The notes beneath the pieces were generated by a model. That model was given only the letters and a program-made list of their open reading frames with translations, did no database searches and was not told where the DNA came from. A program made the position numbers and the translations under genes. From Eledone cirrhosa (taxonomy: Eukaryota), in assembly GCA_964016885.1 (NCBI GenBank), contig OZ024741.1, positions 217,434,001-217,498,000 on the forward strand: a stretch of DNA of 64,000 nucleotides, given 5' to 3'. This document shows, piece by piece, positions 26,747-41,897 of the stretch. Numbering within the stretch: position 1 is the stretch's first letter; every line of letters begins with the position of its first letter.

Positions 26747-29700
26747 GTAAATATCTTTAAGTCGTTTAGAAGCCTCGACAATGCAAATGGGTAAATCTCC
26801 GGGTAACAAGATCCGGTGGTGGAGAGAGAGATGTAAGTGGGTGTACGTTGAGATGCGTGGTGTGTATAAGACGTGTAGAAGAAAGAAGGAAAGAGTATAA
26901 AGGATAAAATAAAAATAAGAACACGAGAGAGAGTTACCTTGGGAGAGATTTAATTGTCCCTATATATTTCGGATTCACATCCATCAACTGGGGTTTTTTT
27001 CCGGGGTGGGGGAAAGGTTGTCTGTTGGAAAGGTGCGAAACGCATCCTCCGCTGTTTGTTGTTTTGAATATCTGAGGTATTCAGCAGAGCGCGCGTGCGC
27101 ATGAAATGGGGTCGGTCGGGCAGAGGTCAGCGGCCGAAGTAGTTCTTTCAATTGTGGGAGTGGGGTGGCGCTAGCTGTTAGTCCATAGTATTCTCTGTCT
27201 GTTTGGTGAATGTTACTGTGTGTGTGTGTGTGTGTGTGCGTGTGTTGTTGTCTCGCTTGAGTGTGTGTGTGTGTGTTGTTGCCTTGTTCCTCTGTATTGG
27301 CAGTGTAGTATGTTCGTATGGTGGAATGCTACTGTGTGTGTGTGTGTGTAGTTGTCTCGTTTGTGTGTGCGTGTGTTGCTGCATCGTTTGTTAACTAAAA
27401 CCAGCCACCTCATTTCGCTTCTCTCGGATCGATTGTTTATTTGCGGTGCAAGGCGTTTGATAAAAAGCGCTTCCTTGATACGTAACGTGGCGACGTTTCT
27501 TTCAGTCGCTAGAATTGTGACAATGGGCCTTCCGTCTTTGTTTCCGCATTTGTCTATGTGTTTCCGGAAAGACGAGGCCCTGGTTTTAGTGTATTCCTTG
27601 ATCCGGATGTGCAAAGGTCGGATTGTGCTACCTATATAGTATTGGTTGCACCTGTCACATTCTATCTTATACACGACGTATGTGCGTAGGCAACAGTTCG
27701 CAGTGCGTATCGGGCAGTCTCTGAGGGAGCGCGCGTCAGTAGATTTCCCGGGTTTCCTGGAGAGGCATCTTCGCAGGGAGGGGTCCGAGTGGGCCAGGTG
27801 GATGTCGAGGCTCTCCCTCCGTATAGCCTTGCGGATAGCGTTGGTGGTATTCTCGCCCAGGTGTGGCATTTTAAGGAAGCACTTGCCTTGGGTGCCTCTC
27901 TGTCTCTTGTGTCTGGTGTCTCCTACTCTCTCAGTGAGCGAGGTAGGGTACCCGTTTGTCTCCAGCACCTCGAGGAATCGCTTGGTATGAGTGACACCAC
28001 TCGCGGGATCGCTGCATCTGTTTTTGATTTGCGCGATCTCGTTCGTGATGTATCCTCTTTTGGCACTGTTAGGGAGGGCGGACTTGTAGTGAACGAACAG
28101 GTTCCTGCAGGCTGCTTTTCGGTAGAAGTTGCAGTGGATCCTTCCCTCTTCCGTGATGTTGATTCGGAAGTCGAGGAGGGCAAGTGACCCGTCTTCATTG
28201 GGGTGTTCAACACTGAAGTCAATGTTCTCGTCCGTGTTGTTGAATGTCTCATAGATTCTGTTCGCCGTGTCTTGGGAAGATGTGAGGATGAGGATATCGT
28301 CCACGTACCTTGAGAAAAAGGCGACGGCGTTGGGGTGGCAGGCGTCGAGTGCCTTGTGCTCGAGGTTGTCCATGTAAGATGTCGCTAGCACACCCGACAG
28401 GCTTGATCCCATGGGCCATCCCGAGGTTTGTTGGTATGTTTGGTCAAGGAATCCGAAGTAGGTGTTGTCGACGATGATGGATAGGTGGATGTCAGTGGTG
28501 GTGAGCCCGAAGCAGTGTAGGTCGGTGGTTTGGACGCGTTCCATCAGTATATTGACGGCCGGGAGTGCCGGGACCGAGGTGGAGAGAGCGACTACATCAA
28601 GGCTGAAGGCATATCTGTTATTCCTTCTGGTGTCAGGATCCATTTGATGCAGGCGCTTCAACACCTCCTTGGAGCTGTTAACGTGTCCCGGTAAGGTGTC
28701 TAAGATGGGTTTGAGTATTCTGGCTAGGAGCCATGAAATTTTGTAGAGTGGTCCCTCCATGCTCGATACAATGGGCCTGATCTTCAGGTCGAGTCCCTGT
28801 TTATGTGCTTCCTTAAAATGCCACACCTGGGCGAGAATACCACCAACGCTATCTGCAAGGCTATACGGAGGGAGGGCCTCGACATCCACCTGGCCCACTC
28901 GGGCCCCTCCCTGCGAAGATGCCTCTCCAGGAAACCCGGGAAATCTACTGACGCGCGCTCCCTCAGAGACTGCCCGATACGCACTGCGAACTGTTGCCTA
29001 TGCACATACGTCGTGTATAAGATAGAATATGACAGGTGCAACCAATACTATATAGGTAGCACAATCCGACCTTTGCACATCCGGATCAAGGAACACACTA
29101 AAACCAGGGCCTCGTCTTTCCGGAAACACATAGAGAAATGCGGAAACAAAGACGGAAGGCCCATTGTCACAATTCTAGTGACTGAAAGAAACGTCGCCAC
29201 GTTACGTATCAAGGAAGCGCTTTTTATCAAACGCCTTGCACCGCAAATAAACAATCGATCCGAGAGAAGCGAAATGAGGTGGCTGGTTTTAGTTAACAAA
29301 CGATGCAGCAACACACGCACACACAAACGAGACAACTACACACACACACACACAGTAGCATTCCACCATACGAACATACTACACTGCCAATACAGAGGAA
29401 CAAGTCTACTGTTCCTCGTGAGGAGGTTGTATCTCAGCTTCTTCGGGAGCTTCCACCGGTCGCAGATGTTGGTCCAGGCGGCGTTGATGTGCTCTTCTCT
29501 CTGCGCGGGAGTGATTCCCGTGACCTTGGAGTAGAGGTTGTCATCGTCAAGGTGTTGGAGGGCCAGGGTGTTGTAGGCCTCTCTGCTGATGACGCAGAAT
29601 TCTTTTCCCTTGTCGGAGGGGAGATAGATGAGGTTCTTCGATTTTAGGTTGGAGAGAGTGGTGAGTTGAGATTTGGTGAGGTTATGTGTTGTGCGTGTGT

Positions 29701-30876
29701 GTGTGTGTTTGAGAAGTATATCCGAGGTGGAGTGTTTTAGCCTGATGAGTTTAGTGTCGAGTTCGTGGTTGGTGGGTGGGGGGTGGAGTGGGTTGTCGGG
29801 GTGGTAAGTGGAGAACTTGGGGTGGGTTGTGTGGGCGCTGTTATTTTCTGTGGTGCTGTTGATGGCGGTCACCCATTTAAGTTGGTAAGCGGCTCAACAA
29901 AAGTTGGCCTCGATGTTGAGTTTGAGTCTGTCGTCGAGACGTGAGACGATGAACTTGGGTCCGAGGTGTAGGAGTTTCAGCTCGTCGCTCGTGAGAGTGC
30001 CGGTTAGGTCGGTGACCAGGTGCATCGCATCGTTGAGATGTGGCTCGGTGTTGGTGGATGCGGCGGTGGCGGTTGTTAAGTTGTTGTTTTCCACGTGGTT
30101 CTGGTCCGTCTGTTCGTTAGTGTCGATGTTCTCGTTGTGGCGTTTCGACAAGATCCACTCATATTTTCGCTTGAGCCGTTTTTTCTCGTATTGGACTCTG
30201 GAGTGGTAGCATTGGTCAATTGCTTTAGTGATTTTCAGGAGCAAGTCCCCTGGTGCTATTGGCAGTCGATGTGTCCGCTCTGAGAGTGTCCGCTTATGGA
30301 CGTGTAATTGGCGGTTGAGATGTCTCAGGATCTGTTTAACACACGTGCGATGTATGCGGTTAGTGGTGTTTTGGAATGCTGGTGTACGTAGGCTTACTGG
30401 TAAGCGGATGTTCCTGATGGTGTTGGGGATGACATCGTTTTTTAGGCAGCGTTTCAGGAAAATAATCTGACAGCCAGCGTTGGCCCATTTCTCCGACAGT
30501 CTAAACCGTTCCCTTACGGTTGCAAACAATTCCTGGCTCAGGTGTAAGGATAAAAGAGTATTGAAGTTTGCTTGAAGCATTGTGGAATAATAGGTAAATA
30601 TCTTTAAGTCGTTTGGAAGCCTCGACAATGCAAATGGGTAAATCTCCGGGTAACAAGATCCGGTGGTGGAGAGAGAGATGTAAGTTGGTGTACGTTGAGA
30701 TGCGTGGTGTGTATAAGACGTGTAGAAGAATGAAGGAAAGAGTATAAAGGATAAAATAAAAATAAGAACACGAGAGAGAGTTACCTTGGGAGAGATTTAA
30801 TTGTCCCTATATATTTCGGATTCACAGCCATCAACTGGGGTTTTTTCCGGGGTGGGGGAAAGGTTGTCTGTCGGAA
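26747..30876 (-). mobile_element. Near full-length Penelope-like retroelement (RT + GIY-YIG) with direct pseudo-LTRs, disrupted
   Basis: Pseudo-LTRs at 26747-27030 and 30594-30876. RT motifs are LPSDKG, IRPIVS, FSLDVVAL, GWPMGSSLS and RYVDD. The endonuclease motif is VVYKIECDRCNQYYIGST. There is an in-frame TGA at 29894 and an inverted insertion at 28805-29404. Both flanks are (TA)n. Confidence 0.95.
28805..29404 (+). repeat. 600-bp inverted duplicate of 27283-27882 (GIY-YIG region) inserted into the PLE RT
   Basis: The peptide CFLKMPHLGENTTNAI...YYIGST...QYRGT appears on both strands with only a few substitutions. Confidence 0.95.
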
Positions 30877-30887
30877 TATATATATAC

Positions 30888-30923
<36 letters not shown>

Positions 30924-30955
30924 GTATGCACATATATATAAACATATATATATAC

Positions 30956-30991
<36 letters not shown>

Positions 30992-31018
30992 TATATATAC
31001 ATATATATATATACATAT

Positions 31019-31287
31019 ATCATCATCATCATCATCATCGTTTAACGTCCGTGTTCCATGCTTGGTTTGGACGGGAGTTTTCCCACTTGAGGCAAGAGTG
31101 GTTGTCTTGCTCGCATAGGACTGTCTGGCGGGTTTTCTACAGTTGGATGCCCTTCCTAACACCAACCACATTTACAGTGTGGGGCTGGGAGGTTTTTACC
31201 GTGTTGCCTACACGGCCACATTACAGCGTGGACTGTCTGGCAAGTTTTCTACAGCTGGATGCCCTTCCTAACACCAACCACATTTAC

Positions 31288-31288
<1 letters not shown>
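31019..31288 (-). mobile_element. RTE subfamily B 3' UTR fragment with an internal duplication
   Basis: (CAT)n tail. The segment ggactgtctggc...ccaaccacatttaca occurs twice. Confidence 0.85.
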
Positions 31289-31349
<61 letters not shown>

Positions 31350-31361
31350 ACATATATATAC

Positions 31362-31464
<103 letters not shown>

Positions 31465-31616
31465 CATACCCCCCACTCTCCTGAGCGTGAATCTAATAAA
31501 CATTTGTCGTACTGCCTCTCTGTTCTGTCCCTGTTCAATTTTTTATTATATACATATATATATATACATATATATATGTATATGTATATATATATGTATA
31601 TATATATATGTATATA

Positions 31617-31953
31617 TCATCATCATCATTTTACGTCCGCTTATCCCTGCTTGCAAGGGTGGAACGGGAGCTGATTCTGGCTTGATTTCTACAGCTTGAT
31701 GCCCTTCCTAACACCAACCTCATTTACAGTGAGTGCTGGGTGCTTTTTTATCGTGGCATCTCCACGACCACTTTGTAGTGGAATGAAAGGGACCCCAGTG
31801 CCTATCATCTCATTTCTACAGCTGAGTAAACTGGAGCAATATGAAATAAAGTGTCTTGCTCAAGGAAACAACACATCACCCGGTCTGAGAATTGAACTCA
31901 CAACCTTTCGATTGCTAGGCCAATACTCTAACCACTAAGCCATGTGCCTCCAC
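31617..31953 (-). mobile_element. tRNA-headed RTE-tail SINE (same family as 26365-26698)
   Basis: Reverse complement of 26365-26698 with a more complete 5' end (gtggaggcacatggcttagtgg). Confidence 0.87.
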
Positions 31954-32053
31954 TATATATATATGTATATATATATGTATATATATATGTATGTATATAT
32001 GTATATATATATGTATATATATATATATGTATGTATATATGTATATATATATG

Positions 32054-32116
<63 letters not shown>

Positions 32117-32189
32117 GTATATATATATGTATATATATATGTATATATATATATATATGTATATATATATGTATATATATATGTATATG

Positions 32190-32243
<54 letters not shown>

Positions 32244-32328
32244 TGTATATATATGTATATATATATATGTATATATATGTATATATATATATGTATATAT
32301 ATATATTTGTATATATATATATGTATAT

Positions 32329-32467
32329 GTTTTTTTGTCGTGACACCTACTGACTGTGGTAGGTTTTACTTTGTATTTAGGTAGGGCGGGTCTTCTCTAT
32401 TACTGAGTACCGCCATAGGTCTCGGTCCAGTGACATTGTCTTGGAGAGGTGTATGTGTATATATATA

Positions 32468-32511
<44 letters not shown>

Positions 32512-33151
32512 GAAATAAGAGGGATCAGATGTTGTTTACTCGAGAGAAGGCTACGTTGGTACGGTCAAGTGATGCGCATGAAAGTCGATAGCTGTATAAC
32601 AAAGTGCAGGGCAATAAAGATAGACGGTAGCCACGGAATAGGCAGACCTAGAAAATCCTGGGACGAGCTGATAAACTCCGACCTCACACACTTACACCTC
32701 TCCAAGACAATGTCACTGGACCGAGACCTTTGGCGGTACTCAGTAATAGAGAAGACCCGCCTTGCCTAAATACATAGTAAAACCTACTACAGCCAGTAGG
32801 CATCTCTAACAAAATACACCCCCGTCCCACCACCCCCACCCCATCCACACCATCCCCTCCTATGTAAAGTTATGTTGGTGCCACACCATCCAGGCCGAAA
32901 CAAATGAGATCGTGTAGGTGTCACGACAAAAAAACACACAGTCCATGCTGTAATGTGGCCGTGTAGGCAACACGGTAAAAACCTCCCAGTCCCACACTGT
33001 AAATGTGGTTGGTGTTAGGAAGGGCATCCAACTGTAGAAAACCTGCCAGACAGTCCTATGCGAGCAAGACAATCACTCTTGCCTCAAGTGGGAATACCCC
33101 CGTCCAAACCCATGCAAGCGTGGAACACGGACGTTAAACGTTGATGATGAT
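32329..33151. mobile_element. Two RTE subfamily B 3' fragments, head to head (32329-32452 minus; 32505-33151 plus)
   Basis: [20 protein letters not shown]...KTRLA followed by the 3' UTR and (GAT)n. The minus fragment has a deletion joined at a cctac microhomology. Confidence 0.88.
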
Positions 33152-33156
33152 ATATG

Positions 33157-33189
<33 letters not shown>

Positions 33190-33192
33190 GTA

Positions 33193-35119
33193 TCTATATA
33201 TATAAAACAGAGGATGTGTGTTTGTCTGTGTGTGTGGATGCTACATTATTCGAGGTTGGCGTCTACACCGCTCGCCCGATCTCGCTCAAATTTGCATACA
33301 TCACTCCTCATGACCCTTTACATTGCTTAGGCTACTTTGTTTTTTGATAGGTTCCCCCCCCCCCCCCCCGGGGCCCGCAGTCCACCTTTTTGTCTATTTT
33401 GGGTGAAATCGGGAGATGAGGTTGCATTTTATGCACGCGTGAAAAATTTTTCCTTTTGAGTTTTTTTACCTGGTTTTTTGCTAATATGGGTAGAATAGAG
33501 TCTAAATTTTGTTGACGTGCTCGAATCATTTCGAAATTCGGTCGAGAGTGAAGCTCGAGGTCAAATCTCCACTTCGTATATAGAGAGACAGGAATAACAG
33601 GTCTTATAGTAACATTACCTTCCCCTTCCCCCTTCTTTAGAGCGAGAGAGAGGAAGATAGAGAGAGAAGTTTTGGGTGTCACAGAAATATTACATTCCCC
33701 TCTCCACTTTGGTCAGTGAGCGAACCACTGTTGCTATAGTAACATTACCTTCCCCCCCCTTCTTTATTGAGCGAGGAATATAGAGAGACGTTGTTGGTGC
33801 TACAGTAACATTACCTTCCCCTCTCTACTTACTTTGGTCTTTGAGACCGAGGGAACCACTGTTGCTATAGTTACAGCTTCACGTGACACAAACCAGTTCC
33901 TGCCAGTTCTGACCACCTGGCACCAGTTGAGTCAGTTTTTGCTTTCTTTCGGTCGAGAAGTGGACAAATTTTCACCTTGAATCAAAAAAAAAATTTCATG
34001 GACGGCTGGAGGTGGCAGCTTTTATTCTGTTTTGGCAAGACTGCTATCAAAAAATTCTGCAGACTCTTATCGTTGATTTGAGTGGCCTGCAAAGCTTTGG
34101 TTTTCAAACGCTACACTTGCTACTTGGTTAGGCTACTGTGTAGACGTGTGCTTCACTCTCACTGCATTACATTTTGTGACCTCGCTTTCGGACTTTGCCA
34201 TTCCCAGTACGTTTTTTGTTTACTTTTTTCTTGCTTAAAATTGTAACAATTTGTCACTTTTTTTTACCTTCCCCAAAATACTGCTTATCACCTTCGCTTT
34301 TTTGCCTTTGCTCTAAACCTGCTTCCCCTTTACTGTTTACTGTACTATTGCAACCATGCCACTGAAAAGAAAGAGTACCCTTAGCCGTAGGAAAACATCG
34401 TCTGTTGTTTCAAAAAAGAGGCGATTGAATGAGCAGTCTACGGATGCCGGACTGCATTTTTGGCCACAAACCCCTTTTACTTCGCTTTCAAACTTAAGTA
34501 CCCCTAGCACAGCCCAACCCAGCGCCTCTCTATCTACGGTTACCGCTTCGAATCGTGCCATTCGTAATTGTCAGAATGCAGTTGCAACAGCTGTCTCTAG
34601 GGCAGCAGAGAGTGACAGCCAAAGAGCTCTTCGTAGGGCTAGGAATGCTGCAACAACTGCTGCTGCAAGGGCCTCCAAAACTAAACAGCAAACAGCCACC
34701 AGACGGTCAAAGAACGCTGCTTCAACCGCTGCCTCCTGTGCCGCAGAAACCGACCAGGAGACAGCCATCCGAAGGTCCAAGGACTCCGCCTCCAAGGCAG
34801 CTGCCAGAGCATCCCAGACCGAGATACAGACAGCCATCCGAAGGTCCAAGAACTCCGCCACCACCGCAGCTGCCAGAGCATCCCAGACCGAGATACAGAC
34901 AGCCATCCGAAGGTCCAAGAACGCTGTATCCACCGCCGCCTCCCGTGCCGCAGAACATCAAACAGCCCGCCGTGCTCGGTTGGACACAATTCTATTATCA
35001 TTACAACTTTGACATATTTTATGTAAAGTGAATATGAGAAAAAAAATTCTTCATATTTATTGTTTCCTAATCTGAATAAAAACAGCAGTAACCCGGGCAA
35101 AGCCGGGTCATTCAGCTAG
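33193..35119 (+). mobile_element. Internally deleted Helitron retaining the RepHel N-terminus
   Basis: 5' end is A|TCTATATATATAAAA. The 3' hairpin acccgg-gcaaag-ccgggt is followed by CTAG|T. It contains ORF 34356-35012. Confidence 0.88.
34356..35012 (+). pseudogene. Truncated Helitron RepHel N-terminal ORF (basic NLS-like start plus 22-aa repeats)
   Basis: MPLKRKSTLSRRK...KKRR is followed by repeats of RASQTEIQTAIRRSKNSATTAAA. This resembles animal Helitron N-termini. No HUH or helicase motifs are present. Confidence 0.7.
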
Positions 35120-35121
35120 TA

Positions 35122-35357
35122 TCTATATATATAAAAGCAAGTCGGTCTGTGTGTGTGTGTGTCTGTCTGTGTACAAATACTAGGCTCCTTTTAACTTTTG
35201 AAGTACTAGGCCGATTTGGCACGTGCTATTGAGGCGACCTCTCATTGGCTAGCCAATTAGCTGACATGCACTCAGAAATTGCTAGCTAAGCCATAAACGA
35301 CCTTGAACAATTCAGGCTGTCATTCATTTCCCGAGCAGCGGCGGGTACATCTGCTAG
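35122..35357 (+). mobile_element. Short non-autonomous Helitron
   Basis: 5' TCTATATATATAAAA, a subterminal GC-rich cccgagcagcggcggg motif and a 3' CTAG|T. Confidence 0.82.
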
Positions 35358-39209
<3,852 letters not shown>

Positions 39210-41487
39210 AAGGATAACTTCGATACTAACCCTAAAATTAGATTAATATGTCCTTCTAAGTCCGATATAGGTAGGATTAGTAAGTACATATTAGATCGTA
39301 TTATCCCCCATGTTAAGGCTAAGGTAGATATTAAATTATGGGGTAATACTCACCAGGCAATAAGATGGTTCAATAACATTAGGGACAAAAACAAATTTTA
39401 TTCAATTCGATATAGATGAATACTATTCCTCTATTTCACCCGAAACCCTGCATAAGGCCCTCTCTTTCGCTAAGACTAACTCGGACCTCACAAACGAGGA
39501 AATTAATATTATACTTGAAGCTAGACGCACAGTAATGCACTTTGAAAATAGTTATTGGGTCCGCAGGGATAGACCCTCGGAATTCGACATTACGATGGGT
39601 TCTAATGATTCGGCGGAGGTCACGGATTTGGTTGGGATCTATATAGCCCATAGACTCCAGAGCGAATTTACGGACCTCCACGGCGGAATATACCGCGACG
39701 ATACACTTCTATTAGTCAAGAATATGAACAAACAAAACCTAGAAAGGCGACGTAAAAACATTAGGAAACTTTTCTTAGAACTAGGGCTTAATATTACCTT
39801 TGAACACAATCTTAAGGTGGTCAACTTCTTGGATGTCACCTTCAACCTTAATAACGGTAATATAGAGCCATTTCACAAACTTAATGAAAATCTAAAGTAC
39901 GTTAATGTAAAATCGAACCATCCTCATTCCATTATTAAATCTATCCCTAAAAATATATCCATAAGGATCTCCCGACTGTCGTCTAATTTGCAGACCTTCA
40001 ACGAGCATGCTGAATATTATAATGACACACTTAGAAAAGCTGGTTACTGCGAGAAAATTGAATATCTAGACGATAACCACATAAGTACTATGAATAAAAC
40101 ACATCTAAGTCAAACTAGTATTGCACCACACACACACACATCAATAGGCATACTAACAGGTGCAAACCAGCAAATAGAGTCAGACGTAGAGAGTACATAT
40201 GGTATAACCCCGTGTACAATTCTTCTATTAGCACTAAGATTATCTCACAATTCTATACACTAATCAATAAACACTTTACAACTTCACATAAATACTATAA
40301 AATCTTTAACTCGCGCACCATTAGACTCTCATACTCCACTGCACCTAACATAGAACAACTAATTAGAAAACTCAACTCAGCAATACTGAATAAGTACATC
40401 CCTAATGACTCAGCGCACCAGCATAGCAACATGCAACGCACTAACACGCAACCACAACCCCACCAAACTATCCAGGATTCTACTGCAAAACATAAAAATA
40501 GTTGTAACTGCACCAAACCAGGTACGTGCCCACTGAATAACCAGTGCCTAGCACGCAATATTGTCTACCGGTGTACAATAAATTCCGGGACCAACAAATG
40601 GTATTACGTCGGATGTACCGCAACTTCTTTCAAGGCTCGCCTATACCAACATCGATCTTCGATCAGGCACGAGAAAATGCGCTCCGTAACAACCCTCGCC
40701 GATAAAGCCTGGCAGCTTCGGAGGAACAATCAAGCGTTCTCCCTTGATTGGCAAATTATTGCAGCTGCGCCTGCATATCAGCAAAATCATCGATTCTGCA
40801 TGTTATGCAATTTAGAGATATACTGCATTTTAACGTCGGTAAACAAACTTTTGAACAGCAAAATTAAACGTTCTCTATACTGTAACCATCGTTTGAAAAT
40901 GACTTTTTCTTTTTTTAAATGCATATAATGTTACCTTTTTACACCAACGTTTGCAAATTTCTGTCTGTTTATACACTAGATATGGCTTTCTATAATAATA
41001 GTACTAAACACTGTTTTTCTGGACCCCTTTAGAAATAACCTGCTACTATAATAGCCCTGATAACTTGTCTGAGACATTGTACCACTTTGACCCCTCTAAC
41101 TAAATTTTGTCCAATAGAAGTATCTACTTCCCAGCCAACCTTAGCACGCCTCATTAAGCTAACTGCTGCCAAAACATTCTCTCTTCACAATCTCTACTAG
41201 TCTGACAGTCTTAAACCCTAAGACTCCCTCCACCTTACTCACTTCGCTCTTCCCCTTCTCCTCCTACCTCCTTCTTTATCTTTTATCTAGTGTATAAAAT
41301 ATTTTCATATCATTCTAATACAAAGGTCTGATGACATGGTGTGTTGGCTTACAGTGTACTTTCGGTTTTTGATAATATTTGTGTATTATTCAAATAGCCA
41401 GGTATAGGTAACTCATACACTATAGAAACAATTGTTACCTAATAAATTCTATATACCCGCATTTCCATTTCGTAAATTTTTTCTCCA
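39210..41487 (+). mobile_element. 5'-truncated Penelope-like element of the Naiad type (RT + GIY-YIG), frameshifted
   Basis: Motifs are [72 protein letters not shown]...YYVGCT..FKAR and CMLC. Frameshifts lie near 39395 and 40135. The stop is at 40928 and both flanks are (TA)n. Confidence 0.92.
41324..41440 (+). ncRNA. Type I hammerhead ribozyme with a very long stem II in the PLE 3' pseudo-LTR (family f)
   Basis: aggt-CTGATGA-catggtgtg...(about 90-nt stem-loop)...tacactata-GAAA-CAATTG-TT-acct. TATAAAA lies about 30 nt upstream and AATAAA immediately downstream. Confidence 0.8.
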
Positions 41488-41520
41488 TATGTATATATAT
41501 ATATATATGTATATATATGC

Positions 41521-41630
<110 letters not shown>

Positions 41631-41682
41631 GCATATATATATATGTATATATATATATATATGCATATATATATATATATGC

Positions 41683-41716
<34 letters not shown>

Positions 41717-41718
41717 GC

Positions 41719-41770
<52 letters not shown>

Positions 41771-41897
41771 GCATATATATATATATATATAATATATATA
41801 TGTATATATATATATATATGCATATATATATATATATATATATATATGCATATATATATATATATGCATATATATATATATATATATATATATGCAT

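Noticed and set aside
29894-29896. In-frame TGA in the PLE ORF as a possible selenocysteine
   Set aside because: The context C*AAYQLKW is not a Cys-motif position and is best explained by CGA>TGA decay. I recognised no SECIS element.
40490-40928. Selenoprotein-type Naiad (UGA replacing zinc-finger Cys)
   Set aside because: All Cys positions in CNC, CPL, CMLC and CNH are TGT or TGC here.
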